Assembly: GCA_041740355.1 (NCBI GenBank)
Contig: JBGSMD010000063.1
Span: 1 to 64,000 of the forward strand
Length of the DNA: 64,000 nucleotides
Reading direction: 5' to 3'
Source of the DNA: Bdellovibrionota bacterium
GTDB taxonomy: Bacteria; Bdellovibrionota_C; UBA2361; CALJRW01
A model generated the notes under the pieces. It worked only from the letters and a program-made list of their open reading frames with translations. It ran no database searches and was not told the DNA's origin. Position numbers and translations under genes: made by a program. Positions 10,766-20,485 of this stretch are shown in pieces (the first letter of the stretch is position 1; the number at the start of each line of letters is the position of its first letter).

Positions 10766-13321
10766 CTAGTGTTTCTTATGCTTTTGGTCCAATAAGCGAA
10801 GGGTTTCAACAACATCATCAAGTGTTGCTAATCGAAAATTTGATCCCGTTCCAATGCTAGGCATGTCCTCAACTAAGATTGTTGTTCCACCAAGTTCCTT
10901 GGCTACATGCATTGTTCCCGGTGCAGGATGAGCTTCGATTAACAGGTGTGCGATCTCCGGGGAATTATTACCATGTTTTAGTGCCGAAAAAACTTCTCTT
11001 AAAGACTGAGAAGCAAAGTCTCCATAAGGAACAAGTTCAAAATTAGATTCCCCGTTGAATATTTTAAAATCATTCTCATAGCCACCACGCTTTAGTTGAT
11101 TAACAATCATTTCTCGGATTCTTCCAATTAATTCAGGATTGTTTTCACGATAATGGATGGTTAAAGCTCCGCCCTTTTTTTGAATTTCGATCGTACCTCT
11201 AGCGACACTTGAGCTAAATACTCCTTCCTCAAAAATACTTGCCAATGTGTTAATATTTGCTTCTAAATCACGATTGGCCGATAGCCTGACGACAGAAACA
11301 TCTCTTGGCAAATCCTCATGCCAATAGTCTAATCCGTGTAATCCAATAATTCCAGACAATGTAATATTTTGTTCTCCAAAAGCACGGCGTATTTGCTGAA
11401 CTTCACGACCAGAGACAATTCCAACTTTCAAACCAAGACGATCTTGTAAAGTTCGAAGTGCCTCGATAGCATTTATGTCAAAATGAATTTTTGAGCGATC
11501 CGGATTATACCGTGACAAGACACCATCTAATCCAAGGAAAATAATTGAATTGTGATCGAACCCTGCTAATTCATGGCTTACTAATCCGTCAGGTGTAATA
11601 AACTTTGTTGTACTAGTTACTACTGTGTCAGAGCTCTTCTGACGAAAACTATTTGCTTCGGAAGCAGTGTAAGCATCTTCGATTCGTCTGTTCAACCACC
11701 CTTGCACCGTATGATCCTTAGTAAAGTAATCAATTATATCTTGATTGGTTCTAAACCTAGCATTGTAATGATCTGCATCTCGACTCGCTAATTGAGACAT
11801 CATGTATGTTTCAATTAATGTTTCAACAATTTCTGAAGGTCGCCGTCCATCAAAAGTAATAACAGGCATATGATCTGACGCTCCAGCACCTCTACTAACT
11901 AAATGAAAAAGATGAGGCGCCGCAAATAAGAACTCCGGAGCAACTAAGGCAAACCCGTCAGCGATTGAGGATGTAATAAAAGCACCACTGCCCGGTCTTA
12001 GCTCTAAAGATCGAGCAAGTCCAAAGGCTTCTTTCTGATCTAAATTTTCAGGAAGTAACCAGACAGGTTTCCAGCCCTCAGTACCAAAACGCTGATTAAT
12101 ATTAGTTACAACTCGATCTAATAGTTCATGAAACTCATGGTAGCCAGGCACCTCTTCTCTTGTCGGAGCTGCAACCAGCGCAACACCAACCTTGCCAACT
12201 AAAGAAGGATAATCGGTTAATAATAAGTCGAGTGCTTGAACTAATTCAACAGCCCCTTTGGTGTAATCATAACGAGCAACACTAAGTGTGATAAAGGCAT
12301 CGGGTCCAAAATAAGAATCAAAAAAATCTTTATATTTAAGAACCGCTAGATTGGCCTCTTCACTATGAGCCAGTGTTACAATCTTTTCAGGATTGATACT
12401 GATTGGGTGCTCCCTTAAAAAAACTATCCGGCCATCCTTGGCAAATACAACTTTTGCCTCAGCATCAATTTGATATCCGTGTGCCTCATATTTATTGAGT
12501 AAGGCTTCAACATCACGTCCTCGATGAACTCCAATTACATCTGCGCCAAGCATTCCATCAAGAAGTGCTATCCGTTTGTCCTCCGAAAAATTATTGATGA
12601 ATGGCTCGTTAGGACCAATTGGAATGTGAGACATAAAACTAATTGGAGGGACAGGAAGGCCTCTAACTAGGATCTCCGCTCTGATCGCCGCAGAATCAAG
12701 CATTTTTTGATAATCTTCAACTAAAATTACGAAGGGGGCCTCAGGATTGCTAAGATAGTCAGCTTCGTATCGGGCTACAACTTGCAAGACTGTCTGGGCC
12801 GAAACCGCTTTGATTGCTTGCCATTGCTCGACCCCTAATTCCTTAAAGTTGGGCAGCCCCAAATGACCAATAGCATTGTGGGCTTCCGGCCAAAAGCTAG
12901 CATTATTTGCATCATACATCTGAGCATAAATGTTTCGCGGCAAACGGGTTCCCTCAAGATCAAAAGGGAGAGCCAATTCAGGGTTTGTTTTAAGATGTTG
13001 ATTGATCTTATAAATACTAGCATCGCCTCGTCCCGGCGCTTTTTCGGCACAAATAACTCGAATTTGCATAGTATCATCACTAGCAAGATCGTTTAACGCC
13101 GAGACCACACCTCCACCGCCACGCTTTAAATTAACTACAAGGTCAGGATTTAAATAATCAACTTTAGCACTAACAGGTTGGGCCTGAACATCAACAATGA
13201 CATGAAGACCTTTGGGGAGAGTAGTATTGCTTAACGGAGATTGAACTTGTTGTTCTTGGGGTTTAAGATATTTTTCTACTTTCGGATCCACCGAAATTCC
13301 GTGGAGTGTGTAATTACGCAT
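10766..13321 (-). CDS. Divergent trehalose-6-phosphate synthase (GT20) fused to a degenerate TPP-like HAD domain
   Basis: GGGGVVSAL, FWPEAH, EDYQ, HIP, RYDYTKG, APTR, DGFALVAPE. The C-terminal domain has FLGLDGVL, VSGR and GLHGLD. Confidence 0.8.
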   Translation of the reverse strand: MRNYTLHGISVDPKVEKYLKPQEQQVQSPLSNTTLPKGLHVIVDVQAQPVSAKVDYLNPDLVVNLKRGGGGVVSALNDLASDDTMQIRVICAEKAPGRGDASIYKINQHLKTNPELALPFDLEGTRLPRNIYAQMYDANNASFWPEAHNAIGHLGLPNFKELGVEQWQAIKAVSAQTVLQVVARYEADYLSNPEAPFVILVEDYQKMLDSAAIRAEILVRGLPVPPISFMSHIPIGPNEPFINNFSEDKRIALLDGMLGADVIGVHRGRDVEALLNKYEAHGYQIDAEAKVVFAKDGRIVFLREHPISINPEKIVTLAHSEEANLAVLKYKDFFDSYFGPDAFITLSVARYDYTKGAVELVQALDLLLTDYPSLVGKVGVALVAAPTREEVPGYHEFHELLDRVVTNINQRFGTEGWKPVWLLPENLDQKEAFGLARSLELRPGSGAFITSSIADGFALVAPEFLFAAPHLFHLVSRGAGASDHMPVITFDGRRPSEIVETLIETYMMSQLASRDADHYNARFRTNQDIIDYFTKDHTVQGWLNRRIEDAYTASEANSFRQKSSDTVVTSTTKFITPDGLVSHELAGFDHNSIIFLGLDGVLSRYNPDRSKIHFDINAIEALRTLQDRLGLKVGIVSGREVQQIRRAFGEQNITLSGIIGLHGLDYWHEDLPRDVSVVRLSANRDLEANINTLASIFEEGVFSSSVARGTIEIQKKGGALTIHYRENNPELIGRIREMIVNQLKRGGYENDFKIFNGESNFELVPYGDFASQSLREVFSALKHGNNSPEIAHLLIEAHPAPGTMHVAKELGGTTILVEDMPSIGTGSNFRLATLDDVVETLRLLDQKHKKH

Positions 13322-13626
13322 AACAACAACTATCTTTACAAACTATAAAGCTTGGGATTTTATACATAGAGTTATACAACTAAGCAAGGATAGTGTGTCG
13401 CACAATAGTAAATAATTCTTTAGTTATTTAAATATTTTAGTTTAAATAAACTTAAATTATTATATGCAATTTAAATATAGACTTCTGCCAATTAAGCTTT
13501 AAATTGATTAGATTAACACTTAGTTTTGCGAGATTAAGAAACTAGTTCTTTCGTTGGTTAGCTTTGAAGTTAATTAAAAACCGACTAAGCATTCTAGTGC
13601 AACATACTTACGATAACGAAAATAGA

Positions 13627-14985
13627 CTAAAGCTCCTCCACTCCATTAGCTGCACCAATCATCGGCACTGAAATTTTACCAGTTTTAACTTCCAAGGGTG
13701 TCATTAAGTTAAGAAAAATCTTTTGATCTATATTACTAGCTAAAGAATCTACCCTTACTTTTAAAGTATTCCAGAAGATAGGTACTTCTCGGGAAAGTCT
13801 AGAATCAAGTGCGATGTTTAAACAATCTTTTGTTCCAACTAAGTTGGCAATCGATCCATAGGCCACAACAGAACATAGCTCCGCGCCTCGAACCAACAAC
13901 TCAGTGGCTAATGTTCCTAATAAATTAAGAACATTTGTTGTGTAGACTCGGCGATCGCTCCGACGATTTAAAAAGAATTCTAAATCAGAATTTACTAACG
14001 AGAGATCACGACTACGATACTCATACCATCTATCAGCTCCCATATTCATCAGACTATTTGCCAGTGGCTTAAGTTCAGCAATTTCTTCCGACAAGACAAG
14101 GATATACTGACAAAAAATCTTTGGTAAAAAGTTCCCCACGGAAAGATGTTCTATAGTTAATGCTTTTTGCTGATCATCAATACAATCCGCTACAGTTCTT
14201 ATATTACAATCATTTAAATAAAATCGGCCGCCAATTTCGGAATTGCAAATCATTTGATTATCGCTAGTGCCTAGCCCTAGCTCTTTCTCTGACTTTAAAA
14301 TGGTGGCATTTAATCCAGTGGATGCAACCATCCCAGAATCAGCATTTGCCAGCGCCTTCATAGTTAAAGGAGTATCATTAGCTATTAAAAAACTTTTGAT
14401 AGGGATGTTTCGCTTACGAAGGGACTCCACGATTTCGATACCAAGATCTCGGCCATTTGTAAGTGCCTGAGTAAACCACTCGCCTTTGGTATACTCTTCA
14501 ATTTGAGTAACTAATCCACTAATCCCAGTACCAATCCATGGTTTATTCTCCATGGCATTAGACCAAACTAAACCACAACCCGTCACTGCGTCACGGGGAA
14601 TACCAGAAGTAACTAAACTTCGCTCGACTTGATTACCTAACATCTTACAGAATGCCGTGAAGGGATTGTCTTTTAAAGCGACTTCCAGCATTTCCAAATT
14701 TTTATTTTCAAATAATAATCGCCATTCAGTTGAAGCTCCATTACTTATTTTTACAGCCGCTTTTGTTGAGGTTCCTCCGATATCAATTGTTAGGATACAA
14801 GAACGACTGGTTCGCTGTTTGTTAGCAGAAAGATAACTGGGCAAGGCCTCAAATGCTGGCTTTAAATTTTGTCCAGCATTGGCATTGGCTAATTTAGCGT
14901 ACTCATAAAGTGAGTTTAGATTTTCACGCGTGGAATAAAAATTTAAGTTATTAAGACAAGACTGAATTTGATTATTTTCCTTCAT
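13627..14985 (-). CDS. Hexokinase-family sugar kinase
   Basis: ALPSY, DIGGT, NDT, STGLNA and NSEIG follow the order of hexokinase motifs (MLPSY, DLGGT, NDT, GTGTNA, NTEWG). Confidence 0.75.
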   Translation of the reverse strand: MKENNQIQSCLNNLNFYSTRENLNSLYEYAKLANANAGQNLKPAFEALPSYLSANKQRTSRSCILTIDIGGTSTKAAVKISNGASTEWRLLFENKNLEMLEVALKDNPFTAFCKMLGNQVERSLVTSGIPRDAVTGCGLVWSNAMENKPWIGTGISGLVTQIEEYTKGEWFTQALTNGRDLGIEIVESLRKRNIPIKSFLIANDTPLTMKALANADSGMVASTGLNATILKSEKELGLGTSDNQMICNSEIGGRFYLNDCNIRTVADCIDDQQKALTIEHLSVGNFLPKIFCQYILVLSEEIAELKPLANSLMNMGADRWYEYRSRDLSLVNSDLEFFLNRRSDRRVYTTNVLNLLGTLATELLVRGAELCSVVAYGSIANLVGTKDCLNIALDSRLSREVPIFWNTLKVRVDSLASNIDQKIFLNLMTPLEVKTGKISVPMIGAANGVEEL

Positions 14986-15310
14986 ATTGCTCCCAAATCT
15001 GCATTCTTAACTTTTATCGAATGCAAAACATTATCAGAACGAACACGCCTGACGACTTAGTCCAAAACTTGCCCAGTCCAGTTTATACTCATAATAGCAC
15101 CATCTGTAAAAGGCTAGAAAAACTCGTCTATCCAAAACTCAGATTAAATTTTGTATGATAAAAACAGGTAAAATACTGGAACATTATTACTAATATGCTA
15201 AGGTAGTTTTGCTATTTATAGTGAGTCTAAAAAATAAATTACTTTAAAACACTAACGATTTTGCTTGGACTCACTATTTATGTTGTTTTTAACTATGCAA
15301 ACTTGGATAT

Positions 15311-15340
15311 CCGCCATAGCTTTTGCTTTGGCGCGACAGG
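15311..15340 (+). repeat. 30-nt REP-like palindrome
   Basis: CCGCCATAGC-TTTT-GCTTTGGCG-CGACAGG; absent from the homologous copy at 1-140. Confidence 0.8.
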
Positions 15341-15387
15341 TATCCAAGATTTGCAATAGCCGTAATGACTTTGTTCAATTTACTAAC

Positions 15388-15417
15388 CGGCCTTCGCTGA
15401 AGCTTCGGCTAGGCAGG
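15388..15417 (+). repeat. 30-nt REP-like palindrome
   Basis: CGGCCTTCGC-TGAA-GCTTCGGCTAGGCAGG, lying in the loop of AATTTACT...AGTAAATT. Confidence 0.75.
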
Positions 15418-15460
15418 CAGTAAATTATTTTTTGTCATCACTATATATAAGCAAAGCGAT

Positions 15461-16795
15461 ATGATTATTATGAAATTTGGAGGAAGCTCCGTTGGTACGG
15501 CTGAGCGCATCAGATCTGTAAATAAGATTATTGCCAACTACCTATCAGAAAAACCTATTATCGTTTGCTCAGCTATGGGCAAAACCACCGATCTATTATT
15601 ACTTGCTGGTCAAAAAGCATTACTAGAAGGCGTCGTCGATTGTCAGGAAATCAAATCTAATCACCTACAAGCTTGTGAAGAATTAATAATAAATCCTGAA
15701 GTGATTCAGGAATTATTATCAGAATTGGAACAACTACTAAATGGAATTAAACAGATTAGAGAAATATCCCCACGAACAAAAGACTACCTTGTTTCATTTG
15801 GGGAGCGCCTAGCAGTTCGAGTCATAGCAACAAGCTTTAATCAGGAAGGACTCAAAGCACAGTTTTTTGATTCTTGGGAAATTGGAATCAAAACAAATAA
15901 TAAATTTATGGAAGCAAGCCTACTACCTGAGGCTGATCAAGAAATTAATCAAAAACTTGGCTTTCTAAAAACTGATTATCAATTCACTCCGGTCATTACT
16001 GGATTTATTGGACAAGCTCCTTGTGGATCAATCACAACTTTTGGTCGAGGTGGTAGTGATTTAACTTCCAGTATAATTGGCGCCGCTTTAGATGTTAAAG
16101 AAATTCAAGTCTGGAAGGACGTTGATGGTTTAATGACCGCCGATCCACGTAAGGTTCCCAATGCAATTCCAGTTAATAAAGTCAGCTTCGAAGAAGCTTC
16201 CGAACTTTCCTACTTTGGAGCAAAAGTTCTCCACCCGCTTTCGATGATGCCCGCTAAAGAGAAAGGAATTACTGTCCGTGTAAAAAATTCCTATAATCCT
16301 GAAGCCCTTGGTACTATTATTACCGCCGAAACTGATTACTCATTAGGCCCAGTGAAATCAATCACCAGTAAAAATGACATTATATTAATCGATATTGTCT
16401 CTTCCAAATTATTGGGAGCCGTAGGTTTTGTATCAAAGGTTTTTAATGCTTTCGAAAAATATGATATCTCTGTCGATGTACTAGCAAGCAGCGAAGTCAG
16501 TATTTCATTAACTGTCGACAAGCAAGACAATCTCGAAAAACTAGTGTCCGAGCTTTCAGAATTTGCCTCAGTCAATGTTCTTCATAATCATTCTATTGTT
16601 AGTTTAATTTGTAATGCCCAAAATTCTTCCTTAATTCTAAGTGATTTATTCTTAGCCTTATCAAAGGAAAAATTAAATCCAAAGATGCTTTCTCAGGGCG
16701 CTTCAAAATTAAATATCAGTTTAGTATTTGATCAAGCGGAAGCGGATCGGGCCTTAAACATTGCCCATAATTCACTTTTAAACTTAAGAAATTAA
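15461..16795 (+). CDS. lysC: Aspartate kinase (monofunctional, ACT domains)
   Basis: KFGGSS, SFGE, GRGGSD, KDVDG, FGAKVLHP. Confidence 0.95.
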   Translation: MIIMKFGGSSVGTAERIRSVNKIIANYLSEKPIIVCSAMGKTTDLLLLAGQKALLEGVVDCQEIKSNHLQACEELIINPEVIQELLSELEQLLNGIKQIREISPRTKDYLVSFGERLAVRVIATSFNQEGLKAQFFDSWEIGIKTNNKFMEASLLPEADQEINQKLGFLKTDYQFTPVITGFIGQAPCGSITTFGRGGSDLTSSIIGAALDVKEIQVWKDVDGLMTADPRKVPNAIPVNKVSFEEASELSYFGAKVLHPLSMMPAKEKGITVRVKNSYNPEALGTIITAETDYSLGPVKSITSKNDIILIDIVSSKLLGAVGFVSKVFNAFEKYDISVDVLASSEVSISLTVDKQDNLEKLVSELSEFASVNVLHNHSIVSLICNAQNSSLILSDLFLALSKEKLNPKMLSQGASKLNISLVFDQAEADRALNIAHNSLLNLRN

Positions 16796-17551
16796 ATGAC
16801 TAAGATTGCAATAGTTGGTTATGGAAAGATGGGGCAGGTAATCGCAAGAATTGCAAAGGAACGTGGCCATCAAATAGTAATTATCGATCCTCATCATTCT
16901 GGAGCAGAGTTTAAGGATGTTACTGCTGAGTCGATGATCGGTGTTCAAGTTGGAATTGAATTTACTAATCCTGAAGTTGTTATTAGTAATATCAACAAGT
17001 TTAATACACTACAAATTCCCTTAGTAGTAGGGACAACTGGTTGGTATCATGAAATTGATCTAATAAAACAACAAGTAGTTACAGCCAAAAACGCCTTAAT
17101 CTACGCATCTAATTTTTCAGTCGGGGTAAATGTTTTCTTTAAAGTAGTAGAAGCTGCGGCTCGGATTATTAATAAATTTCCAGAATTTGATATCTCTGGA
17201 TTAGATATTCACCATAATAAAAAAGTAGATAGTCCCTCAGGAACAGCGATGACAGCGGCCCAAATTTTAATTGATAATATTGGTCGAAAAAGCTCTGCTG
17301 TCTATGAGAAACTAGATCGTGCTCCGAAGTCCCATGAGATTCATTTCGCAAGTCTAAGGTCAGGAAATGTTCCTGGGACACATCAAATCTTCTTGGATTC
17401 TCCAGCAGAAAGTGTAAATATTGAAGTCGTTGCACGTAATCGTGAGGGCTATGCCCTAGGGTCAATAATAGCTGCAGAATGGCTTTATGATAAAATTGGC
17501 TTTTTCAAATTTGAAGATTTAATTGATCAAATTATAGATAATGAAAACTAA
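16796..17551 (+). CDS. dapB: 4-hydroxy-tetrahydrodipicolinate reductase
   Basis: GYGKMG, VGTTG, SNFSVG, HHNKKVDSPSGTA. Confidence 0.95.
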   Translation: MTKIAIVGYGKMGQVIARIAKERGHQIVIIDPHHSGAEFKDVTAESMIGVQVGIEFTNPEVVISNINKFNTLQIPLVVGTTGWYHEIDLIKQQVVTAKNALIYASNFSVGVNVFFKVVEAAARIINKFPEFDISGLDIHHNKKVDSPSGTAMTAAQILIDNIGRKSSAVYEKLDRAPKSHEIHFASLRSGNVPGTHQIFLDSPAESVNIEVVARNREGYALGSIIAAEWLYDKIGFFKFEDLIDQIIDNEN

Positions 17552-18431
17552 AGGACTATATACCGCCCTCGTAACTCCGCTTAATCTGGACGGCAGTCTT
17601 GACCTCGCTGGACTAACGGAAAATATTGAATTCCAAATCGCTGCTGGTGTTGATGGAATTATCCCACTTGGGACAACTGGTGAATCTCCAACGATGGATG
17701 ACTCAGAAAAAATTGCTGTAATTAAAGCATCAATAAAAATTGCTAAAGGAAAAATTCCGGTGATGGTTGGAGCAACAAGTAACTCCACTGCAGTTACTAT
17801 CGCTAACTGCAAAATAGCCAAAGAACTTGGCGCTGACTCAGTCTTAATTGCTACTCCCTACTATAATAAACCCACTCAAGACGGCATCTATCAACATTTT
17901 AAAGCAATCACGTCCGCCATCGACTTACCAATCATGGTTTATAATGTCCCTGGTCGCTCTGGAGTTAATATTGAAACAGCTACTGTTAAAAAAATTGTGA
18001 CAACACTTCCCAACATTACCTCGATCAAAGAAGCATCGGGAAACATTAACCAAATTGGAGATGTTATTAATCAAATCCAAAATACAACTTCTAATTTTAG
18101 CGTAATGTCAGGAGATGACGCACTTACACTTCCCTTGATGGCCTTGGGAGGACTTGGAATTGTATCTGTAGTTTCTAATTTAGTTCCAAAACAGATTAAA
18201 CAAATGGTGGATCTTGCTCTGACTGGTGACTTCTCTGCAGCTTCTAAACTCCATTTTCAGCTTCTTCCATTATTTCAAACAGCTTTTATTGAATCAAATC
18301 CGATTCCAATCAAAGCAATGATGGATTTAGCAAAAATGAAAGCTGGGCCATGTCGCTTACCACTTACGCAATTAACTCCTGCTAGTCAGGAAATCATCCA
18401 AAACACTTTACGCAACTCAGGTATTATCTAA
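17541..18431 (+). CDS. dapA: 4-hydroxy-tetrahydrodipicolinate synthase
   Basis: GTTGESPT, PYYNKP, YNVPGR, IKEASG, SGDD, NPIPIK. Confidence 0.96.
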   Translation: MKTKGLYTALVTPLNLDGSLDLAGLTENIEFQIAAGVDGIIPLGTTGESPTMDDSEKIAVIKASIKIAKGKIPVMVGATSNSTAVTIANCKIAKELGADSVLIATPYYNKPTQDGIYQHFKAITSAIDLPIMVYNVPGRSGVNIETATVKKIVTTLPNITSIKEASGNINQIGDVINQIQNTTSNFSVMSGDDALTLPLMALGGLGIVSVVSNLVPKQIKQMVDLALTGDFSAASKLHFQLLPLFQTAFIESNPIPIKAMMDLAKMKAGPCRLPLTQLTPASQEIIQNTLRNSGII

Positions 18432-19646
18432 ATGTATCAAAGCAAAACAAACTTCTTGGAACTTGCCCAAAAATACGGATCTCCACTCTACGTATATGAA
18501 CTTGACCAAGTTCAGAAACGTTATGAAGAATTAAAGACTGGCATCAATTACTCCCAGCTTAAAGTTCATTATGCGATGAAGGCGAACTATAACGTTCCCT
18601 TACTAAAGTTCATTAATTCACTGGGTGTTGGAATTGACGCCGTTAGTCCGGGTGAAATCTATTTGGCTTTAAAAGCAGGAGTCGCCAAAGAAAATATTAT
18701 CTTCACAGCGAACAACTTAACAAACGAAGAAATTAAAGAAGCTCAAGGTTTAGGAGTATTATTTAACCTAGGATCGCTTTCTGAAATTAAACGTTACGGC
18801 GAGCTTTTTCCAAATCAAAACATTTGCATACGAGTTAATCCCGATGTTATTGCCGGAAGCCACGCAAAAATCCAGACTGGCGGACCTCTAAGCAAGTTTG
18901 GGATTTTGTTGGAACACCTAGGACAAGCTTTGGAAATCTGCCAGCAATTTAATCTGACTGTAATTGGAATTCACAAGCACACAGGTTCTGGTATTAAAGA
19001 TCAAGAAAAATATTTACAAGCAGTTGATAATCTTTTGCAAATTGTTACTCCTGAAAATTTTCCAAGTTTAGAATTTGTTGATTTGGGTGGTGGTCTTTTT
19101 GTCCCCTACCATCCCGATGAAAAGGAAATTGACTATTCTAAATTTGCCCCTAGAGTATTGGCAAAAGTTTTAGAAACTAATAAATTATTTGGAAAAGAAC
19201 TAAAACTTTACTTTGAACCTGGCAAATTCTTAATTGCTGAAGCTGGGCACTTAATTATCCAAGTTAATACAATTAAAGATAACAACGGGCACTTAATCGC
19301 TGGAACAAATTCTGGCTTTAATCACCTAGCACGTCCTGTGATGTATGACGCTTACCATCACATCGAAAACTTAAGTAATCCAAATGGTGTTACTAAAACT
19401 TATGATATCGTTGGTAACATCTGTGAGACTGGGGATAATTTTGCCTCCTCTCGTCCAATCGCAGAAATTCGCGAAGGAGACTTTTTAGTGATTCATAATG
19501 GTGGTGCCTACTGCTATTCCATGGGAAGTGTTTACAATTTGCGAACCCTACCGGCCGAAGTTTGCACAATCAATGGCGAGGTTACTTACCATCGCCCACG
19601 AGAAACAAACCAAGATTTTGTAAATAAACTTTATGCCACATACTAA
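18432..19646 (+). CDS. lysA: Diaminopimelate decarboxylase
   Basis: YAMKAN PLP lysine, SKFG, HTGS, DLGGG, EPGK, GNICE, GAY. Confidence 0.95.
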   Translation: MYQSKTNFLELAQKYGSPLYVYELDQVQKRYEELKTGINYSQLKVHYAMKANYNVPLLKFINSLGVGIDAVSPGEIYLALKAGVAKENIIFTANNLTNEEIKEAQGLGVLFNLGSLSEIKRYGELFPNQNICIRVNPDVIAGSHAKIQTGGPLSKFGILLEHLGQALEICQQFNLTVIGIHKHTGSGIKDQEKYLQAVDNLLQIVTPENFPSLEFVDLGGGLFVPYHPDEKEIDYSKFAPRVLAKVLETNKLFGKELKLYFEPGKFLIAEAGHLIIQVNTIKDNNGHLIAGTNSGFNHLARPVMYDAYHHIENLSNPNGVTKTYDIVGNICETGDNFASSRPIAEIREGDFLVIHNGGAYCYSMGSVYNLRTLPAEVCTINGEVTYHRPRETNQDFVNKLYATY

Positions 19647-20481
19647 AATCCCCTTCACTAAAATGCATGGCTTGGGTAATAATTACATTTACCTAAACTG
19701 CTTAGATTCAATTCCAGAAAATCCTGAAATACTGGCAGTCAAAATGTCCGATCGAAATTTCGGAATTGGTAGTGATGGAATAGTACTAATACTGCCAAGT
19801 GATCAAGCTGACTTTCAAATGAGAATGTTTAACTCCGATGGATCTGAGGCGCAGATGTGTGGTAATGCAGTTCGCTGTGTAGCTAAATACTTGTATGACA
19901 AATCAATTACTGCGCTAACAACTATTAACTTAGAAACTAAAGCGGGTATTAAAATTCTCAACTTAAAACTTACCAACAATATTGTAACAGAAGTAAGTGT
20001 TGACATGGGCAAGCCAATTCTGGAAGCTAAACTAATTCCCACTACTAGCCCTGAACCGAAGCTAATCAATTTTCCCTATGAATTTATGGGAGAGCAGTTT
20101 AAAATTAATGCTGTCTCCATGGGAAATCCCCACTTGGTTATTTTCGTACCTGAAATTTCCGATCGTTTAGTATTAGAATTAGGTCCCAAGATTGAACATC
20201 ACAAATTATTTCCAGAAAGAATTAATGTGGAATTTGCTCATGTGATTGATCGCGATAATGTTGAAATGCGCGTTTGGGAACGTGGTAGTGGAGAGACTCA
20301 AGCTTGTGGCACTGGTGCTTGTGCCGTTGCTGTTGCTGCAGCTCTGAATAATCTTACAAATCGAGAAATAACGATTAAACTATTAGGCGGAAATTTAGCA
20401 ATTAAATGGCTAGAGAATGATCATGTAATTATGACAGGACCGGCTGAATTTATCTGCGATGGCTTTTTTTATCTCCAGTAA
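19633..20481 (+). CDS. dapF: Diaminopimelate epimerase
   Basis: KMHGLGN, MCGNA, GNPH, ERGSGETQACGTG. Confidence 0.97.
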   Translation: MPHTKIPFTKMHGLGNNYIYLNCLDSIPENPEILAVKMSDRNFGIGSDGIVLILPSDQADFQMRMFNSDGSEAQMCGNAVRCVAKYLYDKSITALTTINLETKAGIKILNLKLTNNIVTEVSVDMGKPILEAKLIPTTSPEPKLINFPYEFMGEQFKINAVSMGNPHLVIFVPEISDRLVLELGPKIEHHKLFPERINVEFAHVIDRDNVEMRVWERGSGETQACGTGACAVAVAAALNNLTNREITIKLLGGNLAIKWLENDHVIMTGPAEFICDGFFYLQ

Positions 20482-20485
20482 AGAA

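Larger units (their letters stand above)
15217..15445 (+). mobile_element. MITE-like element with TATAG terminal inverted repeats, carrying two nested 30-nt REP-like units
   Basis: TATAGTGAGTCTAAAAAATAA ... TTATTTTTTGTCATCACTATA, with internal hairpins. Homologous to 1-140. Confidence 0.8.

Noticed and set aside
14986-15460. Possible lysine riboswitch upstream of lysC
   Set aside because: No recognisable lysine riboswitch core. The hairpins are explained by the repeat, which has a second copy at 1-140.
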